In this document: positions 29,242 through 39,175 of the stretch, one piece after another | Layout: each line of letters begins with the position of its first letter | How positions within the stretch are numbered: the stretch's first letter is position 1 | IMG/VR virus record: IMGVR_UViG_3300021960_009431 | Source of the DNA: a virus | DNA: 64,000 nucleotides | Strand: one strand, 5' to 3' | Position numbers and translations under genes: made by a program | The notes under the pieces: generated by a model | Told to the model about the DNA's origin: nothing | Databases searched by the model: none | What the model saw: the letters and a program-made list of their open reading frames with translations, nothing else

Positions 29242-29644
29242 TCAGTTTGCACCTACAACACAAATGCTAGGACGATGGCAACCTTGGCATGACGGTCATA
29301 CAGCGCTATTTAAAAAGGCTTTACTTGAAACAGGTCAAGTTTGTATTCAAATTAGAACTGTGCCTCAAGATGAAGATGCTAGTGCTGGAAGAACAATGCT
29401 ACAGGATGATAACCCTTTTACTGTAGATGATGTTACTCGAAACATTAGAGTAGCTCTTGATAAAGAAGGCTTTACCTTAGGTGAAGAATATATTATAATG
29501 AAAGTGCCTAATATAGTTGATATTAGTTATGGAAGAGGAGTCGGTTATACATTTACTGAGCATGATTTAGGAGAAGATATTCATAATATATCTGCTACTA
29601 AGGTAAGAGCTCAGCTAAGAGCAGAAGGTAAACTACACAGATGA
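29231..29644 (+). CDS. HxGH nucleotidyltransferase (cytidyltransferase-like)
   Basis: LGRWQPWHDGH, ISATKVR. Confidence 0.75.
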   Translation: MVFNQFAPTTQMLGRWQPWHDGHTALFKKALLETGQVCIQIRTVPQDEDASAGRTMLQDDNPFTVDDVTRNIRVALDKEGFTLGEEYIIMKVPNIVDISYGRGVGYTFTEHDLGEDIHNISATKVRAQLRAEGKLHR

Positions 29645-30408
29645 AATTTGAATGTGTCACATCTATGAATAGCAAATATTATAATCAAGTTGGTTATAAA
29701 ATGCTATCAAGCTGGTTAGATAAATGGCCAAAAGATATTAACTTAAGAGTTTATCATGAAGATTCATTAATAAATGGTAATGCTAAAAATTTAAGCTATC
29801 ATAATTTATTTAAAGAAGAACCAGAGTGTGAAGCATTTGTAAATAGACATAAAGATCGTCCAGATCAGCAAAACTCATTAGAGCTTCATAAAGGTGCAGT
29901 AAGATTTTCTTATAAAACGTTTAGTATTTTAAATGCAGGTATAACTTCTAATGCAGATTATCTTATATGGGTAGATGCTGATACTTTTACTCATACAAAA
30001 GTAACTCATGATTTTCTTAATGAGCTTGTAGAAGAAAATAAATATCTGACTTATCTTGGACGAGGTAATAATTACAGTGAATGTGGTTTTGTAATATATA
30101 ATTTAAACCATCCAGTTCATAACGCATTTTTTGAAACCTGGAGACATCTCTATGTAAGTGATGAAGTATTTAAACTAGAGCAATGGCATGATTCATTTGT
30201 ATGGGATCAAATAAGATTAACATATGAAAATAACGGTGTTACAGAAAATATTAATTTATCACCTTGGGGTAAAGATTATGAGCATGTATTCATTAATAGT
30301 GTATTAGGTGATTATATGGATCATATGAAAGGCCCAAGAAAAAATGAAGGAAGATCAAGAGAAAATGATCTTTTTACAGAAAAGAAAGGTAAATATTGGT
30401 GGACATAA
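29641..30408 (+). CDS. GT-A fold glycosyltransferase-like protein
   Basis: AVRFSYK, LIWVDADT (DxD), SECGF, WHDSFVWD, DHMKG. Confidence 0.7.
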   Translation: MKFECVTSMNSKYYNQVGYKMLSSWLDKWPKDINLRVYHEDSLINGNAKNLSYHNLFKEEPECEAFVNRHKDRPDQQNSLELHKGAVRFSYKTFSILNAGITSNADYLIWVDADTFTHTKVTHDFLNELVEENKYLTYLGRGNNYSECGFVIYNLNHPVHNAFFETWRHLYVSDEVFKLEQWHDSFVWDQIRLTYENNGVTENINLSPWGKDYEHVFINSVLGDYMDHMKGPRKNEGRSRENDLFTEKKGKYWWT

Positions 30409-31080
30409 ATGGATGTAAAAATTTTTCTAGATCCAATTCATCACATTATTATTGACGACTTTTATAGTAATGAAGAATTAAAATATATTACTAATGAATT
30501 AGATTGGGTATACCCGTTATTAACCACTCCGGAGAACTCGGGAGGAGCTAAATCAAAAGATGAAAATGGTAATTTAGTAGAATTAAAAAATAATAGAGCA
30601 TTATTTTTAGATGCATTATACAAAGATGAAGCAGCATCACCTATAGCCGCGATAACATCTAATAAGCTCATGTCCGAACAGTTTCGCGATACAGTTGGTG
30701 CAGGAATCTCACATTATTATGATTTATATAATCTTCTCAATAAAAAATCATTTTTAATATCTTACTATGAAAAATCTAATTATTATGATTATCATCACGA
30801 TTTAGGATTATTTACAGCTCTAACATACCTTTGGAAAGAACCTCGTGCTTTTGAAGGTGGAGAAATTAAATTTAAATTAAAAGATAATACAGAATTTAGA
30901 CCTGGAATAAAAAATAATAGATGTATTATTTTTCCATCATATATAAAGCATGCAGCTGAAGAAGTGTATATGGATGATTCAAATTTAGATCAAGGAATGG
31001 GAAGATACTGTATATCATGTTTTCTACATTTTGATCTTGATAAAGCGCACCAAGATAAAGAAAATTCGATCTCCAGATAA
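30409..31080 (+). CDS. 2OG-Fe(II) oxygenase (P4H-like)
   Basis: YHHD, FEGGEI, IIFPSYIKH, GRYCIS. Confidence 0.85.
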   Translation: MDVKIFLDPIHHIIIDDFYSNEELKYITNELDWVYPLLTTPENSGGAKSKDENGNLVELKNNRALFLDALYKDEAASPIAAITSNKLMSEQFRDTVGAGISHYYDLYNLLNKKSFLISYYEKSNYYDYHHDLGLFTALTYLWKEPRAFEGGEIKFKLKDNTEFRPGIKNNRCIIFPSYIKHAAEEVYMDDSNLDQGMGRYCISCFLHFDLDKAHQDKENSISR

Positions 31081-31083
31081 TGC

Positions 31084-31144
31084 TAACTTGTTGATTTCCT
31101 TAGAAAACAAAATAGTTGCACTATAGTACGAGAGTTCATATAAT
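31084..31144 (+). promoter_or_regulatory. IHF-consensus box plus sigma70 early promoter
   Basis: TAACTTGTTGATT (31084) then TTGCAC-N17-TATAAT (31116-31144), GAGGAG RBS. Confidence 0.75.
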
Positions 31145-31171
31145 ATATGTGTTATCTGAGGAGATATGTGT

Positions 31172-31594
31172 ATGAACTATATAGAAGTCAAGGGTGGTAA
31201 GAAAGATCGTAAAGAGCTTGCTGAAGCTGTTGTATGCTGGTATCTTAAGAAAGTAATGCCACGCTATAAAACTCTCGATATTCAAGTAAAATTGTCGACA
31301 TGTATGGATCGAGGAGCTTATGGTTACTGTATGGAGTTAGATGATAATCGAACGTTTGAGTTAGAGATAGATAAAAATCTCAGACTTTTTGATTTTGTAT
31401 CTACTATATGTCATGAAATGACTCATCTTAAGCAATATGCGCGTAGTGAAATGAAACAATTAGATGACGGACGTATCCGTTGGAAGAAAGTAGTATACCC
31501 TTCAGGGTATGACTATAATAAATCTCCATGGGAGAAAGAAGCTTTTAAAGTGGAGACTGAATTAGCAATGCAATGTTTTGCGGAGGTATTATGA
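31172..31594 (+). CDS. Zincin-like metalloprotease (HExxH)
   Basis: TICHEMTHLKQY, SPWEKEA. Confidence 0.75.
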   Translation: MNYIEVKGGKKDRKELAEAVVCWYLKKVMPRYKTLDIQVKLSTCMDRGAYGYCMELDDNRTFELEIDKNLRLFDFVSTICHEMTHLKQYARSEMKQLDDGRIRWKKVVYPSGYDYNKSPWEKEAFKVETELAMQCFAEVL

Positions 31595-32619
31595 ATACAA
31601 AATTAACGCTAGTAGAAAATGAACCTGAAGCTGACGATGTCGGTTTTAGTTTAGGTTCAGATAGCTCAGGCGTAACTGTAGATGAGTTATCTAAGAACGC
31701 TATGGGTGGTACCGAACTAATGAAATACGGTCTTTATGACCGTCTTTCTCCTAAGTATAAAGATAAAGTACAGATTATCTGCTCTCGAGTGCGTGAAGTA
31801 GATGAGCATAGACCTTCTGTATTATGGTTACATGATCTCTTTAATGATCCTGAAGCTGTTCATCTTAAAGATGAGGAAAGTCGCAAACGGTTTGATAAGT
31901 TAGTATTTGTTTCTAACTGGCAATGGAATCAGTACAATATGGCTATGGGTATTCCTCACAGTGAGGCGTTAGTATTACGTAATGCAATAGAGCCTATTGA
32001 ATCTCATACTAAACCTAATGATGGTAAGATTCGACTTATCTATCACACTACACCTCATCGCGGTTTAGAGATTCTAGTACCTGTAGTTGAGCATCTAGTT
32101 AAATTCTTTCCTGAGATTCATCTAGACGTTTACTCTAGTTTTAAAGCTTATGGCTGGCCTCAGAGAGATGAGCCATACGAAGCTTTATTTGATAAAATTA
32201 GAGAGCATCCTAATATGACTTATCATGGATATCAATCTAATGATAAAGTACGTGAGGCATTAAAACGAGCTGATATTTTTGCTTACCCTAATATCTGGCA
32301 AGAGACATCATGTATTGCTGCTATTGAAGCAATGAGTGCTGCTTGTGCTGTTGTATGTCCTAATTATGCTGCTTTACCCGAAACGACTGGCAATTTTGCA
32401 TTTAGTTATCAATATCATGAAGATATTCAACAACATGCAAATATCTTTGCTAATGTTCTTGGTAAGGTAATTGAACTATATAAAAATGATGAAGAGAAGA
32501 CAAGAGCGAGATTACAGTTTCAAAAAATGTGGACTGATAATTTTTATTCTTGGCAAAACCGTGTAGGTGAATGGGAAGGACTGATTAATGGAATCATCGC
32601 AAGTAAAGAAGCCTCGTAA
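31591..32619 (+). CDS. GT-B glycosyltransferase (family 4-like)
   Basis: GGTE, LWLHD, TPHRGL, YPNIWQETSCIAAIEAM, AALPET. Confidence 0.88.
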   Translation: MNTKLTLVENEPEADDVGFSLGSDSSGVTVDELSKNAMGGTELMKYGLYDRLSPKYKDKVQIICSRVREVDEHRPSVLWLHDLFNDPEAVHLKDEESRKRFDKLVFVSNWQWNQYNMAMGIPHSEALVLRNAIEPIESHTKPNDGKIRLIYHTTPHRGLEILVPVVEHLVKFFPEIHLDVYSSFKAYGWPQRDEPYEALFDKIREHPNMTYHGYQSNDKVREALKRADIFAYPNIWQETSCIAAIEAMSAACAVVCPNYAALPETTGNFAFSYQYHEDIQQHANIFANVLGKVIELYKNDEEKTRARLQFQKMWTDNFYSWQNRVGEWEGLINGIIASKEAS

Positions 32620-33091
32620 AAAAAGAAAACCAATGACTCCGGAGCAGCGTCAAGCAGCTGCGGAGCGTCTCGCATTAGCGCGTGAAAAAAAACTGAAAGA
32701 CAATCCTCCTAAAAATCTTTCTCTGCACTCCTCTATTAGAGATTTGCCTGAAAGTGATCCTTTACATCCTAAAAAAGTAAGACAATGGATTAAGACTCAA
32801 AAAGATTTACGTGCATCATATAGACGAGAAGTGAGAGCAAATACTAAAGGAGCTCAATCAAGACTTTCTAGTTGTGATGGATATATAAAAAATATGGAAC
32901 GTTATCTTCGAAATGGTGAATGGGTAGATATGTTTTTTGGTGAGCATCAAACTAATAAAATTAAATATAAAGTATCTAAAAAAGGTATGGCATATTATTC
33001 TGATGGTACTGCTAAAAGAACTATAGGTTATTTCTATGAAGACATAGGGTGTGAATGGACAAAAGAGATGGCTGATGAGTTTCCTAAATAG
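32588..33091 (+). CDS. Conserved basic hypothetical protein
   Basis: RKPMTPEQRQAAAERLALAR motif common in T4-like phages. Confidence 0.6.
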   Translation: MESSQVKKPRKKRKPMTPEQRQAAAERLALAREKKLKDNPPKNLSLHSSIRDLPESDPLHPKKVRQWIKTQKDLRASYRREVRANTKGAQSRLSSCDGYIKNMERYLRNGEWVDMFFGEHQTNKIKYKVSKKGMAYYSDGTAKRTIGYFYEDIGCEWTKEMADEFPK

Positions 33092-33095
33092 TCAT

Positions 33096-33434
33096 ATGAC
33101 TAATAATATACTCAAATTTCCAGGTAGGCTTAAACGTACATTACCTGCAAATACTGATAACACAGTAGAGGATAAAAGACGAATAAAAGAAAATAAAACT
33201 TTATTCGTTGACCGCCTTACAGATCACTATGGTTTGCAATTAATTAATAAGTTAGCAATGCATGGTTTTGATGTTGATAACGATAAATTTATGTATGATT
33301 ATATATTTACTATGGAAACATTAAGAGCTTGCTTACTACGTAGTGTAGGAGTAATGCACCCGTTACAGAAATTAAGTGATAAATCAGAAGATCTGATAGG
33401 TGATAGCGATTTTAATATAGAAGAAGATGAATAA
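33096..33434 (+). CDS. Hypothetical protein
   Basis: NNILKFP start; HPLQ motif; upstream of rnh. Confidence 0.55.
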   Translation: MTNNILKFPGRLKRTLPANTDNTVEDKRRIKENKTLFVDRLTDHYGLQLINKLAMHGFDVDNDKFMYDYIFTMETLRACLLRSVGVMHPLQKLSDKSEDLIGDSDFNIEEDE

Positions 33435-33438
33435 ACAG

Positions 33439-33467
33439 TTGCATTTTACTGCGATATAGGATACAAT
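33439..33467 (+). promoter_or_regulatory. sigma70-type early promoter
   Basis: TTGCAT-N17-TACAAT upstream of rnh. Confidence 0.7.
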
Positions 33468-33503
33468 AATATATTATGAAAAAAATGAAACTGGAGAATA
33501 ACT

Positions 33504-34361
33504 GTGCTACTTGTAGACTTCAACCAAGTCGTCATAAGCAATTTTATGGCGCAAGTTGGAAATCATACTAATATTCCTTTAGATGAAGGTTTACTTAGAC
33601 ATATGATTCTAAATACGATTCGCGTGAATCGTAATAAATTTACTAAACAAAATAGTAATATGATTATCTGCTGCGACAGTAAAAAATACTGGCGTAGAGA
33701 TATCTTTCCTTATTATAAAGCTAGTCGTAAAAAAGATAGAGAAAAATCTGGTGTAGATTGGTCTACTATGTTTAATACTTTATCTCTTGTCCGGCAAGAG
33801 CTTATAGATCACTTTCCATATAAAACCCTTATGGTAGAAGGCGCTGAAGCTGATGATATCATAGGTACGATAGTGCATAAGTATAATCAGTATGAGAAAG
33901 AAATAGTAATCCTTTCAAGTGATAAAGACTTCATGCAACTTCAGATTTACCCTAATGTAAAGCAATACAGTCCTGTACATAAAAAGTATATTCGTACTGC
34001 CGATCCTGAATTATATCTCAGAGAGCATATTATTAAAGGAGATAGAGGTGATGGAGTACCTAATATTGCCTCTGCTGATGCTACCTTTGTTAATGGTGGG
34101 CGTCAAAAACCAATGAGAAAAAAGTTAGTAGATCAAATAGCAAATACTAATGTGCTTACTACTAATGAAGTAAATGAAGAGATAAAACGAAATTATGCTC
34201 GTAACCAGCAGTTAGTAGATCTATCTTATACCCCTCAAGAACTACAAGATGAAATAGTTAGTGCTTATACTAATTATGAAGTAAAAGATCGAAGCGGATT
34301 ATTTAACTACTTTGTAAATAATAAGCTAAAAAACCTTATGGAAAATTTAGGTGAGTTTTAA
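33504..34361 (+). CDS. rnh: RNase H / 5'-3' exonuclease (T4 rnh)
   Basis: LLVDFNQ, YWRRDIFPYYKASR, AEADDII, SSDKDFMQL, GDRGDGVPN. Confidence 0.93.
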   Translation: MLLVDFNQVVISNFMAQVGNHTNIPLDEGLLRHMILNTIRVNRNKFTKQNSNMIICCDSKKYWRRDIFPYYKASRKKDREKSGVDWSTMFNTLSLVRQELIDHFPYKTLMVEGAEADDIIGTIVHKYNQYEKEIVILSSDKDFMQLQIYPNVKQYSPVHKKYIRTADPELYLREHIIKGDRGDGVPNIASADATFVNGGRQKPMRKKLVDQIANTNVLTTNEVNEEIKRNYARNQQLVDLSYTPQELQDEIVSAYTNYEVKDRSGLFNYFVNNKLKNLMENLGEF

Positions 34362-34789
34362 TGAATTTAAGCGTACATGAACAATTAAAAGATGTTGAAA
34401 AGCAAAAGTCTAAAAAAGAAAAAATAGCTAAACTGAACGAGTATATTAACTCAACAAAAGCTTTAGCTATTATTTTAGACTTAACATTTAATCCTAAAAT
34501 TAAATGGTTACTTCCTCCAGGAGCACCTCCATATAATCCTTCTGATCATTTAGACAATCAGAATGTTCTTAAGAATGATGCTCGTAAATTGCAATACTTT
34601 ATAAATACTCGTGAAGGCAATAATATGAAGCCTTTACGACGCGAAACAATGTTTATTGAACTATTAGAATCTGTTAATAAACATGACGCTAAGTTGCTTA
34701 TTTCTATCAAGGATGGGAAGTTACCCTACAATGGTATCACAAAGAAACTGGTCCAAGAAGCACTCCCAGAACAAACAAAGAACTGGTAA
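34361..34789 (+). CDS. Conserved T4-like hypothetical protein
   Basis: WLLPPGAPPY...RRETMFIELLES...LLISIKD. Confidence 0.65.
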   Translation: MNLSVHEQLKDVEKQKSKKEKIAKLNEYINSTKALAIILDLTFNPKIKWLLPPGAPPYNPSDHLDNQNVLKNDARKLQYFINTREGNNMKPLRRETMFIELLESVNKHDAKLLISIKDGKLPYNGITKKLVQEALPEQTKNW

Positions 34790-34952
34790 GACATATCGTC
34801 GTAAATCTTGGAACGACGATTACGGTGAACATACAATTGAAAGTGTTAGCAAGAAGCAGGTGCTTTCAGAGCGAAAGCGGCGCTTTAAGCAAAACATAAA
34901 GCGAGCAATACAAAATGAAGAATACGACGAAATCGAAGACTTCTACGAGTAG
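34683..34952 (+). CDS. Small hypothetical protein (true start probably near 34750)
   Basis: Fills gap between neighbours; charged. Confidence 0.35.
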   Translation: MTLSCLFLSRMGSYPTMVSQRNWSKKHSQNKQRTGKTYRRKSWNDDYGEHTIESVSKKQVLSERKRRFKQNIKRAIQNEEYDEIEDFYE

Positions 34953-35526
34953 AGCTTTTATCATTGGTAATGGTAAATCTCGCGAAGGTTTCGACTTAGA
35001 GCAATTACGACCGTATGGAGACATTTACGGGTGTAATGCTCTTTATCGCGATTTTGAACCTGACTGGCTTATTGCAATAGATGATGCAATAACTAAAGAG
35101 ATTCAAGATAGCGACTTTCCTCAAAATAAATTTATACATCCAATATATGAAGAGCAATTTGAGCATCCTGAATTCAATCCTTTTACAAGATTGCGCTCTA
35201 ATGCTGGAATGAACGCTATGATGGAAGCACTTAAGCATGGAAAGCGGGAGCTTATATGTTTAGGTTTTGACTTTGTTATTAATAATGAATTATCTGTCAG
35301 TAATTTATATGATGGTACAAACGCTTACGGACCTGAAACTCGTACAGCAGTTCAAGATAATTTAAGAAGAGTAAAGTATCTAGATTGGTTTGCTACAAAA
35401 AATAATGTGGCAACTATTCGAATGATCTTACCTAAAGTAGATAATCTAAAAGTACATAAAATGAATTCTAAAAATATACGAGGTATGTTTATAGACAATT
35501 TAATTGAGTATTTAAATGAAAATTGA
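34915..35526 (+). CDS. Cst/Maf(DUF115)-like Rossmann glycosyltransferase candidate
   Basis: AFIIGNGKSR, IYGCNALYRDFEPD, ICLGFD. Confidence 0.6.
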   Translation: MKNTTKSKTSTSRAFIIGNGKSREGFDLEQLRPYGDIYGCNALYRDFEPDWLIAIDDAITKEIQDSDFPQNKFIHPIYEEQFEHPEFNPFTRLRSNAGMNAMMEALKHGKRELICLGFDFVINNELSVSNLYDGTNAYGPETRTAVQDNLRRVKYLDWFATKNNVATIRMILPKVDNLKVHKMNSKNIRGMFIDNLIEYLNEN

Positions 35527-36097
35527 TCTTTTTAGTACACCTATAACTGTTAATGAATTAAATGAGCAAGTTTTAATTAGTACTAGACGTGCATTAGAAG
35601 AATATCTAAAAGATATAAATTATACTACTTTTGATTCTACTACAAAAACAACGTATCAATTAGATAATATTTTTTCAAGACCAGAGTATAATAAATTAAA
35701 AAAATCTGTTCTTATATATGTTAACGACTACATTACATCTAATAAAATAGATATAGATATTTCAAACTGTGAATTAGATGGTTGGGTTAATATATCAAAT
35801 AAATTTGATTATCAAGAATATCATAATCACAGTAATCCAAAAAATATATTAAGCGGTAATATCTTTATTAATAGTGATGAAAAACAGAAATATGGTAGAC
35901 TAGTTTTTTATAATCCTTTCTCTAATTTAATTCGTTATTCAAGATTAGATTGTAATAATTCTAGTTTTACGGAAAAATATTTTATTAAACCAGAAATAGG
36001 AAAAGTGGTTATTTTTCCTTCCTGGCTTAATCATTCTGTTGAACATAATGACTCAGAAGTAACAAGAATAACAATTTCCTTTAATATAAAATTATAA
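35516..36097 (+). CDS. Putative 2OG-Fe(II) oxygenase (TIGR02466-like)
   Basis: WVN...YHNH...LSG...IFPSWLNHSV...RITISFN. Confidence 0.85.
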   Translation: MKIDLFSTPITVNELNEQVLISTRRALEEYLKDINYTTFDSTTKTTYQLDNIFSRPEYNKLKKSVLIYVNDYITSNKIDIDISNCELDGWVNISNKFDYQEYHNHSNPKNILSGNIFINSDEKQKYGRLVFYNPFSNLIRYSRLDCNNSSFTEKYFIKPEIGKVVIFPSWLNHSVEHNDSEVTRITISFNIKL

Positions 36098-36100
36098 ATA
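36093..36100 (+). promoter_or_regulatory. T4-type late promoter (TATAAATA)
   Basis: Exact consensus upstream of GGAG/ATG 36124. Confidence 0.6.
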
Positions 36101-36123
36101 AAAATGTCTGATATGGAGAATTG

Positions 36124-36435
36124 ATGCCGACTTACACTTTTCAAGACAAAAAAACTGGCGATACCTGGGAAGAAATCTGTTCCTGGAATGATCGCTGCGC
36201 CTTCCTCGAAGAAAATCCTCACATTAAAACTATTATAGTGAAGGCTCCTGCCATGGTAGGAAGTCGATATATTAGTGGCATCAAAAATGATGGAGGATGG
36301 AGTGAAAATTTGTCTCGCATAGCTGAAGCACATCCTGGTAGTGCTTTAGCTGCTCAACATGGCCCAAAAGATTCAACGACAGTGAAAACGAGACAAGCTG
36401 TAGAAAAATGGAGGAAGCAGACTGGTAAAACATAA
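36124..36435 (+). CDS. FmdB-like small protein
   Basis: MPTYTFQDKKTG...FLEENPH...RIAEAHPGS. Confidence 0.65.
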   Translation: MPTYTFQDKKTGDTWEEICSWNDRCAFLEENPHIKTIIVKAPAMVGSRYISGIKNDGGWSENLSRIAEAHPGSALAAQHGPKDSTTVKTRQAVEKWRKQTGKT

Positions 36436-36453
36436 CTCACGAGAGGTACTAAT

Positions 36454-37245
36454 ATGGCCATTGCTGTTGAACTTATTGAACAAGAATTTGATAAAGATAT
36501 AGAAAAAGCAATTACAAGAGCACAAAGAAAAAGATTAAAAAAACAAAAGTACCAACAGAAAAAGCAATTGATAGATATAACGACTATTGATCCGCGCACC
36601 GAAAATCAAGCAAGAGTGTTTGATTCGTTCGATAGTGGAGATAATTTATTACTTCACGGTGTAGCAGGAACAGGAAAAACATTTGTATCTCTCTATCTCG
36701 CATTAGACGATGTGTTTAATGGAGATGATATGAAACGGTCTGTAACAATTATTAGATCAGTAGTTCCAACTCGAGATATGGGTTTCTTACCAGGTAAAGA
36801 GACAGAAAAGACAGCTGTATATGAACAACCTTACCAAGCTATTTGTAGAGAGTTAACCAATAGAGGTGATGGCTATGATGTTCTTAAACAGCGAGGTGTA
36901 ATTAAGTTTACTACTACCTCTTACATTAGGGGATTAACATTAGATAATACTACTCTAGTTGTAGATGAGTGTCAGAATATGACATTTCATGAGCTAGATA
37001 GTATCATTACAAGAGTTGGTGAAAATACTAGAATTATATTTTGTGGTGATTTTAGACAGACTGACTTAAATAAACCGCATGACCAATCTGGAATAAAAGA
37101 GTTTATGAATATTCTAGGGCGTATGAATGGGTTTAACTCCGTAGAATTTGATTACGATGATATTGTAAGATCAGGTTTGGTTAAAGAATATATTATGGCT
37201 AAGGATAAATATGACAATTTATTACCAACGAAACGAGCAGTTTGA
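36454..37245 (+). CDS. phoH: PhoH-family ATPase
   Basis: GVAGTGKT, MGFLPG, YIRGLT, VDECQN, ITRVG, GDFRQTD, DIVRSGLV. Confidence 0.95.
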   Translation: MAIAVELIEQEFDKDIEKAITRAQRKRLKKQKYQQKKQLIDITTIDPRTENQARVFDSFDSGDNLLLHGVAGTGKTFVSLYLALDDVFNGDDMKRSVTIIRSVVPTRDMGFLPGKETEKTAVYEQPYQAICRELTNRGDGYDVLKQRGVIKFTTTSYIRGLTLDNTTLVVDECQNMTFHELDSIITRVGENTRIIFCGDFRQTDLNKPHDQSGIKEFMNILGRMNGFNSVEFDYDDIVRSGLVKEYIMAKDKYDNLLPTKRAV

Positions 37246-37912
37246 AAAACATTATAGTGTTAATGAACTAATTGAATCAGCAACTCCGCAAAACTCAAAT
37301 TGGTTGAATAGTATTCCGCCAATTCGACGGGGATTTAAAACATTAAAAGAATGGTTTTTATCACCAGACTCATTAGAAGGTGATGGTATCCCTAGCACTA
37401 TTCGTATGTGCCCAGGTATAAAAGCGTATCTTGATAAATGTATACTTGTTAAATTTTCACACGAGTTACTACTTCAAACAACCTCGCGAGGTCAACTAAA
37501 ATATCAAATCCCGCAAAATAATAGATGCAATATTGTAGTAGAAATCCATAACCCAGATCAATACAGTTCATCTTCATCTAATTTGTTTAACGATAAAATT
37601 AATGTTAAATTCGTTTTACCGTTGAATATACATGTAGATAAAGATAATTATATGATGCCTCAAGTTCCTTATTATCATACAAGTGTGCCTTACGATGTAA
37701 TGCCAGGTATTATTACAAACCGTAATATAGTTAACGAAACAGCTGTAAATGTTATGTTTCCTAAAATAGATGCTGTATATCATTTCAAACAAGGTGACCC
37801 GTTTTGTTACATATATAATTTAAAAGATAATAGAATTAAGCTAAAAGCAAATAATAATAATCTTGCTCGTAAAACCTTCTTAAATAACTTTAATAGAAAT
37901 AAAAATGTTTAA
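37211..37912 (+). CDS. Hypothetical protein
   Basis: TIRMCPGI...VMPGII...KQGDP pattern seen in marine phage accessory genes. Confidence 0.5.
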   Translation: MTIYYQRNEQFEKHYSVNELIESATPQNSNWLNSIPPIRRGFKTLKEWFLSPDSLEGDGIPSTIRMCPGIKAYLDKCILVKFSHELLLQTTSRGQLKYQIPQNNRCNIVVEIHNPDQYSSSSSNLFNDKINVKFVLPLNIHVDKDNYMMPQVPYYHTSVPYDVMPGIITNRNIVNETAVNVMFPKIDAVYHFKQGDPFCYIYNLKDNRIKLKANNNNLARKTFLNNFNRNKNV

Positions 37913-38570
37913 TCATATAAATCCTCCTGAGCTTCAAGAGCTTGAAACTGAAACTATTAATGGAAAAAGATACTACGTCACTCCTAGTGGTAAAAAATAT
38001 CCTTCTGTAACTACAGTCTCAGGTTTTGCTTCAGCAAAATCTATAGTAGAGTGGCGTAAAAGAGTAGGAGCAGAAAAAGCTAATAAAATATCTACTCAGG
38101 CAGCAGTTAGGGGAACAGCTGTACACAAACTATGTGAAGACTATATTAATAATATAGATAATTATAAAGAAAAACATATGCCTGTAAATATACAAGCATT
38201 TAATTCCATAAAACCATTACTAGATAAACATTTAAATAATGTAGTTATGCAAGAATGTCCGTTGTATTCTGATTATTTAGAAGTTGGAGGAAGAGTTGAT
38301 TGTATTGCTGAGTGGGACGGATTGATGTCTGTTATAGACTTTAAAACGTCACGAAAAATAAAAAAGAAAGAATGGATTAAAGGATATATGATGCAAGAAT
38401 CAGCATATTGTGTCATGTTTGAAGAGCGAACTAAAATACCAATTAGACAAATAGTTACTGTAATTACTGTAGATAATGAAGATCCACAGTTGTTTATAGA
38501 AGATAGAGATAATTATATTTGGGATTTTATTGATTTAAGAAAAAAATTTAGAGAAGTTTATGGTAATTAA
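37905..38570 (+). CDS. PD-(D/E)XK exonuclease
   Basis: KYPSVTTV, RGTAVH, GRVDCIAE, IDFKTS, QESAY. Confidence 0.88.
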   Translation: MFNHINPPELQELETETINGKRYYVTPSGKKYPSVTTVSGFASAKSIVEWRKRVGAEKANKISTQAAVRGTAVHKLCEDYINNIDNYKEKHMPVNIQAFNSIKPLLDKHLNNVVMQECPLYSDYLEVGGRVDCIAEWDGLMSVIDFKTSRKIKKKEWIKGYMMQESAYCVMFEERTKIPIRQIVTVITVDNEDPQLFIEDRDNYIWDFIDLRKKFREVYGN

Positions 38571-39175
38571 TGTTACAAGATTTTAGTCCTTTACAAGTAG
38601 AAAATAAAGAAACATTTATATTATGTGGTCAAATTTGTGATAATATATGTGATAAATTAATAGAAGTATACAATAACAAAACCCCTGATCGAGGCAAAAT
38701 TGGTACTATGTTAGAGGGTGGAGGTTATGTAAATAGAGTAGATACAACTGTTAAAGATAGTTATGATGTTGCTTTAGATCCAGATGATGTAAGCCCCTAT
38801 GTTATAGATGTATTTGAGTTAGTAAAGCAGTACATCAGAAAATATGATATTTTAGCTAGTAAATTTCAGAATTATAAAATAAATGAAACGATTAATATTC
38901 AAAAATATCCTCCAGACGGAGGGTTTCATCAGCCTCATTATGAAAGAAACTATGAAGGTGAAACTCAAAGACATTTTGTTTTTATGACTTATCTAAACAC
39001 TATTGAACAAGGTGGAGAAACACATTTTAAATATTATAACGGAGGAGTGCAGCCCAGAAAAGGTTTAACTCTTTTATGGCCTGCAGATTGGACTCATACA
39101 CATTATAGTATTCCTGCACCTAAAGAAGAAAAAATGATTATAACAGGATGGATTAATTATGAGTCCGGTAATTAA
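38570..39175 (+). CDS. 2OG-Fe(II) oxygenase
   Basis: IQKYPP.GGFHQPHYE, FMTYLN, GGETHF, WPADWTHTH. Confidence 0.85.
   Translation: MLQDFSPLQVENKETFILCGQICDNICDKLIEVYNNKTPDRGKIGTMLEGGGYVNRVDTTVKDSYDVALDPDDVSPYVIDVFELVKQYIRKYDILASKFQNYKINETINIQKYPPDGGFHQPHYERNYEGETQRHFVFMTYLNTIEQGGETHFKYYNGGVQPRKGLTLLWPADWTHTHYSIPAPKEEKMIITGWINYESGN

Noticed and set aside
31084-31098. CtrA box (TTAA-N7-TTAA) as the upstream promoter motif
   Set aside because: The four copies fit TAA-N4-TTGATW (IHF) much better than the CtrA spacing
37905-38570. Cas4 / CRISPR-associated locus
   Set aside because: Ordinary phage PD-(D/E)XK exonuclease; no repeat-spacer array or other cas genes seen
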